Shown here piece after piece: positions 35,520-48,167 of a stretch of 64,000 nt of DNA. The stretch is from Azolla caroliniana. Lineage: Eukaryota > Plantae > Polypodiophyta. Numbering within the stretch: position 1 is the first letter of the stretch; each line of letters starts with the position of its first letter. The notes below the pieces were generated by a model that was not told the origin of the DNA, ran no database searches, and saw nothing but the letters and a program-made list of their open reading frames with translations. Where the stretch lies: NCBI GenBank assembly GCA_043228905.1, contig JBHGNT010000021.1, positions 7,750,001 through 7,814,000 on the forward strand, written 5' to 3'. Position numbers and translations under genes: made by a program.

Positions 35520-36612
35520 TGTCGTGTGGTTTTTCACACACGATATGAAAACTAGTAACATAATTATTTAAGATTAACTTAATGTATCGATATGGAAAGA
35601 TAGATGTCTTCAAGAGTTTCATAACTTATTTTAGTACACATGAAATGAATAAACAAGCATCAAGTTATGTGAGTGAGAAGTATGGAGATAAAAGGGAAAA
35701 AACAAAATTGTGAGATATCCCACATACATAGGATAACATTGGATTCCCCAATATATATAGAAAGCCAAAACCTATTCATTATATCAATGTGTGAAGCATA
35801 GAATGTTCAAGGTGACTTGGGCTAAACTGTGTGGATGAATAACTCAAATGATTTTGGGTCACCATGTACGACTCGGTCGGGATGCGCGTGTGTGCGGGCG
35901 CGCGCGGATGCGTACAATGCGTGGTTGGGACGCGCGCGTGTGGACGTGTCTACGGTTTGGTTGCAACGCACATACGGATTGCGCATGGGCTAAACTTTAT
36001 GGATGATTAGGTCATTTGACCGAATTATACAAACGGTCGCATGCAACTAATAGCCAAGGCCATGCAACTAAAAGTAAAAGGCATGCAACTAAAAATGGAA
36101 GCTTGCAATTAAAAGTAAAGGCTTGCAACTAAAAATAGAAGCATGCAACTAAAAGCGGACATGCAAAGTAACATTGGGACGGGGGATCAACAAAGAGCTC
36201 AATATAAGTTCCATTTTTTCCCTCTACTTTTTTTCCCCCCTTTCTTCTTCTCTCTCCCATTCCTTGAGAAAGAAATCTCTCTCTCATATTGATATCAGAC
36301 CACTCCTTCCATGGTTGTTGGCTCCTTCCTTTCAAGAATAATCTCTCTTATTCATATCAGACAACTCCTTACATGGCTGTTGGCTCCTTTTGTTTTTAAG
36401 AATGATCTTTTATATTCATATCCAATCCATTGTAACATGATTCTAAGTTTATAAAGAATCAATTTCTTTTGCAATAAACAAATGTTTCCTCTCATCTACT
36501 TGTCTTATATGTGAATCTTGCTTGTGTTGTGTGTGTGCGTACTAATTCCTTCCAGTCCATAACCCCGACAGTTCCTCTCATGATCCGCATATAGTCACGG
36601 ATTCTCACGACA
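35520..36612 (+). repeat. W2 5' LTR
   Basis: TGTCGTG...CACGACA termini; homologous to 63438-64000; preceded by CCGG. Confidence 0.9.
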
Positions 36613-36633
36613 TAATTAAGTGGTCAACTCAAC

Positions 36634-39600
36634 GTGAAAGAGGCGGTAGGGAGGATCTCAAGTACAATGATGGCTTTGACAAGCGGATCTCAAGGAGAGG
36701 AATTAACGAAAGGTATGGTGTCCGTAGTGGAATACATGCTAAAGGTGAGAGATCGAGAAGCTTTAATCGACAAAGTTGTTGATCGTACGGTCGAGATAAC
36801 TGGACAATTCGGTGGCAAGAACATCACGAATTTTCTTGCTACCTATCAGAATGAGATGCAGTAGAGGGATGTCAACGATCTCAAACAAAGTTCTAGCTTC
36901 AAACGTGTGGTGGAACCAGGGATCCGCGAGCTTGTCATGGAGATCCAAAACGAGCACACAACTTGGGTGGAGTTCGAAAATGCGCTTCTCGCTCAATACA
37001 TGCTTGAAGACGCATCACGGATGACTCGACATACGCTAATGACGTGGATTGAGAAGAAAGGGAAGAATATGTGTGCGTCTGGAGTATATGCCAAATTTGA
37101 AAAGAAGTACAACCGACTTCCGAGTGTTGATCAACGAGTTCTCGATGGAGATAAAGTCCTACTATTCGTAAAGGCAGTGGATGCGAAAGACCGACGAGAA
37201 TTGGGCAACTTTTTGGAGGAAGAAACACAACCAAATAGTTTGGTAGCGAATTGGGCGACAGTGAAGAAGGCTTGTAGCCTTCTTGATAAGCGTCGAGAAT
37301 GGCAAGAGGAAACTGATATGGAGAATCCACAATCGTGGAGGAGGAAGGCACCTATGACGATCGAGCCTAGCAAGCTGATCAACAATTTCGACAAGAAAGC
37401 GATGGAAGAATCCATAATCGAAGAGCTCTCCAAGAAGTTTGAAGTGGTATGGTTGGCCAACTTAGGTCGACGCGGGCCCAAGGGAAAAGAAGTGTATAGA
37501 TGTGTGTGGTGCGACAGCTTCAAGCACTCGCGAAGGGAGTGCACTGACTTGCAAGACGCGATTCGCAAGAATGTTGTCTATTTGGATGGCAACATGATTC
37601 ATTCCAGCGAAACTCGGAAGCCACTACGAGTGAACTTTGGAAGAGGCAGGCTGAAAAAGATCATGGACGAGGAAGATGGAAGGCATGTAGAAGCCATGCA
37701 TTATGCCGCATCGGCCGGGATACGAGTTGGAAGAGAGAATCTAAAGATGATCAAGCTGGGAGCTGGGTTTTGGCCAATGGTATTTGAGTGCGAAAAGAAA
37801 GGCAAAATAGATTTGGAGGATCTACAACTTGCTGATCGGAATGTGCGACGAGTTACCGGATGGTCAGATCCAGTCGACGATAACACGAGCTTTGCGGAGG
37901 TTGTCTGAGACAACTATAAAGCTCTTGTCGAAGAGAAGAGGAAAAGAACTAGTGAAGAAGATGACACATCAAAGCTTCACAATACGAGAAATGCAGGGAA
38001 AGAAGGACAAGCCCAACCTATGCCACAAAAAGAGATAGGAGAAACAAGCATGAAGCCCGGTGGATCGGGCCAACCTTCTCAGATGGAAGTCGATGAATCT
38101 GTGAAGAAAGGAAAAGAACGAGCAACGCCAACTTACAAGCTAAGATCGGAGATAGAACAAACAACCGACTTGCGGAAGGTCCTTGAGGAGAAGGTTTTAG
38201 ACAGTCATGTCGACCTTATTTTGAGAGAGCTACTTGGGATCACTAAGAAGGAGTTCCACAATACTATCATGGACTTGATTAAGCAGAAGCGGCAACAAGC
38301 AGATGAAGAGGAGGTGAAAACAAGTGTCATAACTATGAAAAGATTGGAAGAGGAGAAAGAAGAAGAAGTGATGGCAGACAACCATTACTCTTGGCCTCAT
38401 TGGGCAAGAGCGACAACGGAGACGCCGGTGAAGATCAGGGAGAAGAAAGAGACCGTGGTAGCTTTGATTGACAATGGTTGGGAGATCAACCTCATGTCGA
38501 CCGAGTTCTACAAGAAAGGAAGATGGCCAATTAACACAAACCACGGATGGAAGATACGAGCGGCAATGAAGGCCACGAAAGACTTGTACGGAGCTTGCCC
38601 CAATGTTAAAGTCACGATCGGGGATGTGGAGATGGATCAACACTTCTTCGTGCAAGACTCAGCTTCACATCTTGTCATCCTAGGACAACCATATATCACA
38701 TCATCCTGGATGGAGACTAAGGTGTTAGATAATGGAGCAGCCTTCGCGCGAGTCAAGAGCCTTCATAGTCAAAGATCTGTTCAATTCCTTACGGTGCGGG
38801 CTAATAACGAATGAAAGCGAGATAGCCTTGGAGGCAAATCCTTGGATGTTTAGAGCGGACTATTGAAGCGTGGGGCACAAATAGTCCGAGCAATCATAAG
38901 TCCCCACAACGAGGCAAAATAAGTGGATTGCAAGGAGAAGCAACATGTGTCACACCTAGTGGCGCATGTAAACTAACACTACTAAACAAGAAGTACAAGC
39001 GTCGGATACAAGACTTCGAGAAGGCGCTGAAAGAAGAAAGCATAATAGGAGAAGAAGAATTCGTAACTCATATTCTAGAGGAAGCCTCATTTAACGACAC
39101 CATCGGCGAAATCGAGGAAGTCGTGGACTTGAGCTATCCTCACAATCGACACGAGATTTCGGTTAACTCCGTCAACATGTACGCTATCATCGATGAATAT
39201 CATCGAGGCATCTTGATGGAGGAAGCTGAAGTCAACACAAAATATAAAATGGTGGATAGAAAGATCAAGCCAGTTGCAGTTCCACTACCGGAAGATAGCT
39301 GGCAAAAGATGAAGGAAGTTTCTAATGATCCAAGCTTAAGGTATCCAAAGGCAATAGGTCATGTCTTCACTAAAGAGACAAAAGGCAAGCTACGAGTTGG
39401 AAAGGAGGATTTCCTCCTCCCTGAAGAGGAGCGAATATTCCACGGAATGTTTGAGAGACATGGGAAAGCCTTCGCCTTCTCCCCACAAGAGATCGGATGT
39501 GCCGATCCGAAGATGATAGAGCCGATGGTGATATTTACGGTGCCGCATGTACCTTGGAACCTCAAGCCAATACCGGTTCCAAGACCTCACATTTCGAAGT

Positions 39601-39734
39601 TGATTGAGCTTCTAAAGGAAAAGGTTAGGATGAGAATTCTTGAGCCAGCCAATGCTCCCTACTCCAATAGATGGTTTACGGTGCCGAAGAAGAACGAGTC
39701 CTTACGATTTATTCAAGATCCCCAACCCGTTAAC
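36634..39734 (+). pseudogene. W2 gag-PR and pol N-terminus, with stops and a frameshift
   Basis: CVWCDSFKHSRREC; LIDNGWEIN; HVPWNLKPIPVP. Confidence 0.88.
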
Positions 39735-41999
39735 TGTCATGATATGGCAAGACTCGAACCCATGACCTTATGCTACATGGGTTGAGCTCTTGACCATTAG
39801 ACCATACATTGTAATATGTAGAATATTATTTTGATTTATGTTTTATTATAGAAAATTGATGTATATTCCAGATTTCTTTGGAACATTCTAGAAACTTCAG
39901 GAGTATTCCTTAGAACACTATAAAAGGAGGCACGAGGCATTATTTCGAACCAAATTGGTTCAACGCCAGTCTTAAGCCTCCTAGCTACTACTGTACATTC
40001 TCTTCACATAATATATATATTTTCTTATCATCTCTCTCTCTCTCCCTCTCACTCACTCTTTCCTTCTCTCGAGAGTTCTCCACCTCTCTTAGTACTAATA
40101 CTTCTTTTAGTACTAATTCCTTCTCTATCTTAGTACTGTTCTTGATAGTTTGAACCGATTTCTGGTCGATCTTCGTTTCCTCCTCTTCGTTTCCTCATTT
40201 TCCTTTTATCTTCTTATTAATCCTCTTATCCTCCCTAGTAAAATGGAAACTGTTAGCGCTCAGGAATACCAATCTGTTTTCTCGGAGCTCCAGTGCTTAA
40301 AAGAGAAATTTGTAGCACTAGAACAAGAAAATCATCGCTTGTTGGGGGATCTTCAACAAATAGCACTGGAAAAACAACAACACGGGGAGCTGACGTTACA
40401 TGTACAACAACTTGAAGCAACTATATTGTATCACTACAACAACAAGGATCAAGCACTCAAGGGATTCACAAAGAACCCAAGATCGGTCTTCCTGCAAAAT
40501 TTGATGGGACCCGATTACAGTTTAGAGGTTTTCTGATTCAGGTACGTTTAGTGATTCAAATGCATCGTTCTCGATATCCCACCGATGCATCACGAGTGGG
40601 ACTAGTAGGCACTCTCCTTAGTGGCTCAGCGTTAGCATGGTTTGCTCCATTGTTGCAAAAGGATTCTCCATTATTAAACAGTTTTGAAGAATTTATAAGT
40701 GAGTTTAAGGCCTATTTTGGAGATACTGACAACATAAGGACTGCAATCAACAAAATCCGGCGATTACGCCAAGGTGATTGTCCAGCTTCCACATACGCTG
40801 CAGATTTCCGCCTACTCGCTGCCGATATCCCTTGGGATGATCACGCATTGATGGAGCAATTCCGTTATGGCTTACGCAATGATGTCTCTCAGAAAACTCT
40901 CGTGTCTTGCCCTTGTAGTAGTCGTCGATGGTCGTCCCATTGCCTCAGGAAATATCATAGAAGAGTCAGAGCCCGTTGTCGTGCCTTTCGGCTCCGGATC
41001 GTTGCGTGAGTCGGGTGGGAACCGCCGAGGTTTTGGACTAGGAGGAGGAAGAATTTGAGGCTAATCTAGTTATGAATATGAATAGATTATAAGAAAGAGA
41101 TATAGAAACTTGTGAATCCCACAAGTATAATTGTTTTAGTTTATCTAAATCGTAGTAATAAATTGAAATAATTTAGAATAGATTAGAGTAGATTGAGAAA
41201 AGAGATCAAACCTTGTGAATCCCACAAGTATTACATTAATCAATATTTATGTAAGAATATGAATTTAGATTGAAAGAGATAGATTATCTTAAACTTCGTG
41301 AATCCCACGAGTATATTTTATTGATTGTTGGTGTGTGAGAAATATTTGGGAAATTGGATATATTTCCTAAAACCAACTGTGTCGTGCCTTTCGGCTCCGG
41401 ATCGTTTGCGTGAGTCGGGTGGGAACCACCGGGGTTTTGGACTAGGAGGAGGAAGAATTTGAGACTATTATAATTATGAGTAGATTATTAGAAACTTGTG
41501 AATCCCACAAGTATATTTTATTGATTGTTGGTGTTTTAGGAAATATATCCAATTTCCCAAATATTTTTCACACACCTATTACATTGTGCTCCCCATCCTT
41601 ATGTAGTGATGGGAGAGACTAAGCATAGCTACATACTTTTTTTTCTAATATGTTCATGCACACTAAATATGCATGTGATGCTTTTCTAATCCTTGCTTTT
41701 ATTTGCTAAATATAGTGCTCATGCACGCTAGATGTGCATGAGTCACTTTTTAGTCGCTTGCGTTTTTCTATAAAATATTCACGCACTCTAAAAATACATG
41801 ATTTACCTTTTAATAAAGGTAGGTGCAAATAAAGCACTTATAGTTATTAAATCTATTTATAGAACACTAAAGATAAGGTAGCATAATGGTGAAGTTGAAG
41901 TTTGGCTACGTGGAGGTACAAGGTTTAAATCTTGCCCTATTTATTGGTGATAAATATCTTAATATTCTTATTTTATTCATTTATATGTAATTAAATCGG

Positions 42000-43628
42000 T
42001 TATATTATTTTTACTTTTTCACGTAGTGTACGAAATACACTACGACACTCGCCCCCTCCGAACCCGCACATCCTCCGGTATGTGCCGAAGTTGTCGATGC
42101 TCGTTGTCTCCCCTTCATCCTCCGTTTGTCCCGCTATGTCAACTTTGTCTCTCCATTTTGAGTAGACCCATTCTTTCCACCCGAACCATTGTCGCCATCC
42201 GATCCACCATAATCTTCGTTCATTCTTTGCATTGCCATGAGTGGTTGTCATGGTCCCTTGTGGTACTCTTGAGCATCTCGGTGTGTTGTCTCTCTCCACT
42301 CCGCGCTTGTCTTCCGTAGGTTCTACCCACGCGTCGATGTCGACCTCCGAATACGCGCTCGCTGTTAGGTCCTTGTGCGGCTTTAATGCATGCTTTATTT
42401 CTCGATGTTGCGCATGCGTCGTATTTGGCCGTAGCGCATGCTTCGTATTCCATCGTAGTGCATGCGTCGTATTACCCCGTAGTGCATGCTTCTTTTTGCA
42501 CCGTAGCGCGTGCTTCTTTTTGCGCCGTAGCGTGTGCTTCTCTTTACGCCGTAGCACGTGCTTCTTTTGGTGCCGTAGTGCGTGCTCCGTATTACATGCT
42601 TCTCCCATCGTAGACCCGACCTTCGCGTTGTCATGCTTTTGTTTACATCGGAATTTCAGACGGATCATCTTCCATCCGAACCGGCTTCCGACTTTACCTT
42701 CCTTGTTGCCACCTCCCGTCTCTCCGGTCTCACGTTGGTTCTCAGACACAACCGCCGAAGTCTCTAGAATTAGTGGGTAGGAATCCTCGGTATTATCATC
42801 TTCCGTTGTTTCACCCATAGCCATGTTCTCCTTGGCTATCTCTCCTTCGTATGCATCGGCTTCGACCTTCGTTTCGTTGCCGCCACTTTCCTTATCTTCG
42901 GTGTTATGTCGACACCCGGGCTCCAGTACCGAAGTCTCCGAAACAATGGTGAAGGAATCCCTTCGTTCGTGCTCATTTACTTTGTCTTCCTCGTTGCCCT
43001 TCCGGTCCTCCACTTTTCCACCGACACATTCCGTCTCTCCGGTCTCACGTTGGTGCACGGGCACAGCCGCCGAAGTCTCTGGAACCGGTGTGGGGATACC
43101 CTTTCGTCCTCGATCTTCCTCCTCCTCGTCCTTTGTTGGCCTAGACTTTGGTTCGGTTTTAAGCTCCCCTTCAATGTCGACTTGCGACTTTTCATGCATC
43201 TCCGAACCCTTCCGCATCAAGCTCTCCTTCGGTGGTAGTCGGTGGCCGCTTTTCACCCACTGTTGACCGCCGTTCGTGGACCATGTCCTCGTCCGCTTCG
43301 GTCTTAGATAGTCATATGTGTCTCGTATAGCTTCTTCAAAGGACTCCCACATCGGGCTTTGTTGTCGTATCTCGTGGATTCTCTCTTGAAGCTCATCCGT
43401 AGCCACCCGGTTGAAAGATAACACTTGCAATCTTTCTGAGATACCATATCGCAACATCTCCATTTTGTAGTCACGTAGATAGCGTGACACGTCCTTTCCA
43501 TCGAATTGCCCGTTCTGTTGCACGAGCCGTTGTACTACTTTCGTGATCTCCGACATCTCGCGTTGTTCTTGTAGCATTCTCTCGAACATCATCATCATCA
43601 TGTTCATCGCCTCTTGTTGATTCTCCAT
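42000..43628 (-). CDS. Gag N-terminus fused to an acidic region and basic 8-aa repeats (ORF track 42000-43649)
   Basis: The first ~110 aa match W1 Gag (MFERMLQEQR..FDGKDVSRYL..SFNRVATD). The remainder has no recognisable retro domain. The frame is open through the PPT and stops inside the LTR. Confidence 0.7.
   Translation of the reverse strand: MENQQEAMNMMMMMFERMLQEQREMSEITKVVQRLVQQNGQFDGKDVSRYLRDYKMEMLRYGISERLQVLSFNRVATDELQERIHEIRQQSPMWESFEEAIRDTYDYLRPKRTRTWSTNGGQQWVKSGHRLPPKESLMRKGSEMHEKSQVDIEGELKTEPKSRPTKDEEEEDRGRKGIPTPVPETSAAVPVHQRETGETECVGGKVEDRKGNEEDKVNEHERRDSFTIVSETSVLEPGCRHNTEDKESGGNETKVEADAYEGEIAKENMAMGETTEDDNTEDSYPLILETSAVVSENQRETGETGGGNKEGKVGSRFGWKMIRLKFRCKQKHDNAKVGSTMGEACNTEHALRHQKKHVLRRKEKHTLRRKKKHALRCKKKHALRGNTTHALRWNTKHALRPNTTHAQHREIKHALKPHKDLTASAYSEVDIDAWVEPTEDKRGVERDNTPRCSRVPQGTMTTTHGNAKNERRLWWIGWRQWFGWKEWVYSKWRDKVDIAGQTEDEGETTSIDNFGTYRRMCGFGGGECRSVFRTLREKVKII
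42378..42593 (-). repeat. Nine 24-bp coding tandem repeats (xxKHALRx)
   Basis: NTEHALRH QKKHVLRR KEKHTLRR KKKHALRC KKKHALRG NTTHALRW NTKHALRP NTTHAQHR EIKHALKP. Confidence 0.9.
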
Positions 43629-45962
43629 CTCCTTGCCACCCGCCTTCACGTCGGGTTCACCAACTTGTGTCGTGCCTTTCGGCTCCGGATCGTTTGCGTG
43701 AGTCGGGTGGGAACCACCGGGGTTTTGGACTAGGAGGAGGAAGAATTTGAGACTATTATAATTATGAGTAGATTATTAGAAACTTGTGAATCCCACAAGT
43801 ATATTTTATTGATTGTTGGTGTTTTAGGAAATATATCCAATTTCCCAAATATTTTTCACACACCTATTACATTGTGCTCCCCATCCTTATGTAGTGATGG
43901 GAGAGACTAAGCATAGCTACATACTTTTTTTTCTAATATGTTCATGCACACTAAATATGCATGTGATGCTTTTCTAATCCTTGCTTTTATTTGCTAAATA
44001 TAGTGCTCATGCACGCTAGATGTGCATGAGTCACTTTTTAGTCGCTTGCGTTTTTCTATAAAATATTCACGCACTCTAAAAATACATGATTTACCTTTTA
44101 ATAAAGGTAGGTGCAAATAAAGCACTTATAGTTATTAAATCTATTTATAGAACACTAAAGATAAGGTAGCATAATGGTGAAGTTGAAGTTTGGCTACGTG
44201 GAGGTACAAGGTTTAAATCTTGCCCTATTTATTGGTGATAAATATCTTAATATTCTTATTTTATTCATTTATATGTAATTAAATCGGTTATATTATTTTT
44301 ACTTTTTCACGTAGTGTACGAAATACACTACGACACCGTTAATATTGTCCTAGATAATCTAGCATGTGTCATATCATTTAATATAATTAGCATCCCAGAA
44401 CACCCCATTGTCTTAGGATTACCATGGTTCGAATTACATAACCCAGACATAGATTGGCAGACAAGAGAAATACGGCATCGAAAAGCCGGAGGGTCTACTC
44501 ATGAGATTGCAACGATTTCACTACATCAGTTGCGTGAGGAAGGATACAAGGAAGAAATGTTCCTGTTCGCAATATCAGTAAACCCCTCCAACACCACTAA
44601 AGAGAATTCCACCGTTCAACTTCCAGAGAAGTATCATCAGTATGCCGATGTGTTTGATAAAGTACAAGCCAGTACGCTTCCTTACCATCGACCATATGAT
44701 TGCCCCATCGATTTACAACCGGGGAAAGAGCCACCTTGGGGACCGATCTACAATTTGTCACCAACCGAACTGGAAGTCCTTCGAGCCTATATAGAGGAGA
44801 ATTTGGAGAGTGGTTTCATACGACATTCGAAATCTCCAACCGGCGCACCCATTTTCTTCGTCAAGAAAAAGGATGGCTCACTTCGGCTCGTTGTAGATTA
44901 CCGTTGTCGTGAAGATTTTCGACAATAGTGTGAAAATCCTATAAAACGTACGAAATCGAGTATGAATCACGTAGTACAATAATTGTGAAGATAACATTTT
45001 AAATAGATTTAATATCTAAGTATAAAATGATGGAGGTTTCGAATGCACTTTATTAAACGAGAAACGGACAACTAAATGTCAAGATATGAGGGTATAAAGT
45101 TTGTAAAAGGAAAGTAGAAAATTGTGAGATATCCCACATAGGCACGACAAATACAACTCTCATCATATATAAGGTGGAGCAAAAGATATTATCTTTGTGT
45201 CTATGTGTGGAGCATAGAGAGTTCAAGGTAACTTGAACTAAGAATGGAGGTGGGCTAGCTACTCGTAAAGGGTTTTGGCCAACCAAAACCGGACCAGCGA
45301 TGGAGCCGATGATCCGGCGGCATCCGACGGCAATCCGGCGGCGGCACCGGTAACCGACGGTATCCGGCGGCGGCTTCGGTATCCGATGGCGGCATCTGGT
45401 GAACAGGCGTCATAAATATATATATATATATATGTATACATATTTACATATACAAGGAGGGCAAGTAAGTACCTCCAAGTTAGGAGTCAAATGGCTTACC
45501 ATTAAGCCATGGTATTTAGTTGAAATTATATTTCTATCATTGTACTTTTACATGTAAATTCTCATACATGAGAGCTAAAATGAGTGACATGGTTAGCATG
45601 CACCACATGTAATACTTAAGCGCCAAATGGCAAACATGCAATTTATGCATGTCTTGTACCCTCACATGCATGAGAGCATCTATAAAAGAGGGAAGGGGGA
45701 GGAGAAAAAGGATGGTTTTTTTTATGAAAATTAAGAAGAAGAAATTCGTTATCAAATCAATCGTGTAATCTCATCTTCTCTCTTTCCCAATCTATCTTAA
45801 GTACTTTCTCGCCAAAGCTTGTATCGACTCTAAATCCTTCTGGTCCAGAACCCCGACGGTTCCGCCTCACGATCCGCACGTAGTGACGGATCTTCACGAC
45901 ATAATAAAGTGGTGAACCCGACGTGAAAGAGGTTGTAGGAAGGATCAAGTCGAGATTAATAC

Positions 45963-48167
45963 TTGGAGATGGCGTCCTCAAGCAACCAAGCGGGAGAGCT
46001 CGAAAGGATGATGCTAATCGTCGAGCAAATGATGAGATCTCGGGACAACGATGCGAGCGTGGAGAAGGCTGTCGATCGTGTCGTAGAGCTCAAGGGCCAA
46101 TTCGATGGAAGCAACGTTACGAAGTTCCTTGATGCATATAGAAGGGTGATGAATCAAAGGGACGTGTCCGAGGCACGTCAAATCGCAAGCTTCAAGAGAG
46201 TTGTTGCCAACAACATCCAAAGACGCGTCATCGAGCTTCAAGAAGGTAAGACAACATGGTCCGAGTTCGAGAAAACGATACTAGCAGAGTTCGTGACTAA
46301 AGACTCAACGAGGATGACTCGACATGCCTTGATGAAGTGGATAGAGAAGAAGAATAAGAAGATGAACGTCTCGAGGGTGTACGACGAATTCGACTAGATG
46401 TTTAGTCATCTCCCCAATACGGACCAAGTGTTGCTTGAAGAGAACAAGACTTTGTACTTCTTGAAGGCCGTGGACATAAAGGATAGACGGGAGTTGGGGA
46501 CTCTTCTCGAAGATGATACCCAAGCAAATGGGCTCGTAGTGGATTGGATCGCGGTGAAGCGGGCATGCAACAGGCTCGACAAGCGTCGCCAATGGGTTGA
46601 TGACACCGACTTGACGGGACGGACTACCATGGAGAAAGCAAGACCGCTGAAAGTAGCTGAGCCGCCAAGACAAAGTAATGTGGAAGAAAAGAAGATTGAT
46701 GACGACATCATTGAAGAGCTAGCGAAGAAGTTCGAGAAGGTCACGCTAGCCAACATGAATCGTCGGGGCCCTAAAGGAAAAGAACCCTTTAGATGCGTGT
46801 GGTGCGATAGCATGAACCACATGAGAAGGGATTGTGCGAGCCTTCGAGAGGTGATTCGACAAAATATCGTATACATAGAGGACAACATGATCTTCTCAAG
46901 CGAGACTAGAAGACCCCTATGGGTGAATTTCGGAAGAGGAGGAATGAAGAGATCTATGGAGGATGCTGATGCGACTCATGTGGATGCGATGCACTATGCT
47001 GCGTCGGCCGGAATAAGAGTCGGGAAAGACAAGACTGAAGCTGCTAGAGTGGGAGCAAAGTTTTGGACTGCCGTTCTCGAATATGAGAAGAAGAGAAAAA
47101 TCACATCGAACGAGGTAGAGCTTGCGGACCGAAGCGTGCAAAGCATAACTGGGTGGTCGGATCCGGTGGACGACAACACCATACTCGCAGAGGTGATGTG
47201 CGACAACCACGAGGTGTTCGTCGAAGAAAAGAGGAAGAGAATAGAAGAGCAAGGGCCATCAAAAAGACATGAAACAAGGAACGCGAAAAAGAAGGACGAT
47301 GCAGAGACGAGTCGACCTTTTCAAACGGAGGAACGAGAATCAAGCTGAAAAGGGGAGCCGAGCATACGAGTTGAAGAAACGGTTCGGCCCGTGAAGGTTG
47401 GTGTCGAAGACCCCGCTCGGAGGACAAGGACCATACCTACCTATAAGCTAAGGTCGGACATAGAGCAGACGACGGACCTAAAGAAGATTCTCGAAGAACG
47501 AGTTCTTGATAGCCACGTAACTTTGTCCTTGAGGGAATTGCTTGGCATTACGAAGAAGGAGTTCCATGACACGATCGTGGACCTTGTTAAGAGAAAGAGA
47601 CAACAATCGGACGAGGAAAAAGAGAAGCCGCAAAAAGCAAAAACGAATGCCATAACGATGGCAAGAGACGAAATCGATGAAGATATGGTGGACAGCCACT
47701 ACACTCGACCTCATTGGGCACGAGCGACAATGGAGACGCCGGTGAAGATCGGGGAGAAGAAAGAGACCGTTGTAGCCTTGATCGACCACGGCTAGGAGAT
47801 CAACCTCATGTCAACCGACTTCTACAAAAAAGGAAGATGGCCAATCAATACAAACCACGGATGGAAGATTCGTGCAGCAACAAAGTCTATGGAGGATTTG
47901 TACGGAACTTGTCCCAATGTCAAAGTCATGATCGGGGATGTGGAGATGGATCAACACTTCTTCGTACAAGAATCAGCGTCGCATCCTGTCATCCTAGGGC
48001 AACCTTATATCACATCATCTCGGATGGAGACCAAAGTGTTCGATAATGGAGCAGCCTTCGCACGAATAAAGAGTCTTGACAACCAAAGATCGGTCCAATT
48101 CCTAACGGTGCGAGCCAATCATGAAAGGAATCGAGATAGTCTCGGAGGTGAATCCTCGGATTTTTAG
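45963..48167 (+). pseudogene. gag: W4 gag-PR with three in-frame stops
   Basis: Same-frame ORFs 45963-46397, 46398-47348, 47391-47795 and 47808-48167; CVWCDSMNHMRRDC; LIDHG*EIN. Confidence 0.9.

Larger units (their letters stand above)
40977..44335 (-). mobile_element. Non-autonomous family-W element W3 with an extra partial LTR, 4-bp TSD CCGT
   Basis: 668-bp LTRs 41380-42047 and 43668-44335 with no difference seen; PBS 43646-43662; PPT 42048-42059; partial LTR from 40977 to about 41330; CCGT at 40973-40976 and 44336-44339. Confidence 0.92.

Noticed and set aside
42378-42593. CRISPR-like periodic repeats
   Set aside because: These are contiguous degenerate 24-bp coding repeats with no unique spacers and no cas genes, in a eukaryotic context.
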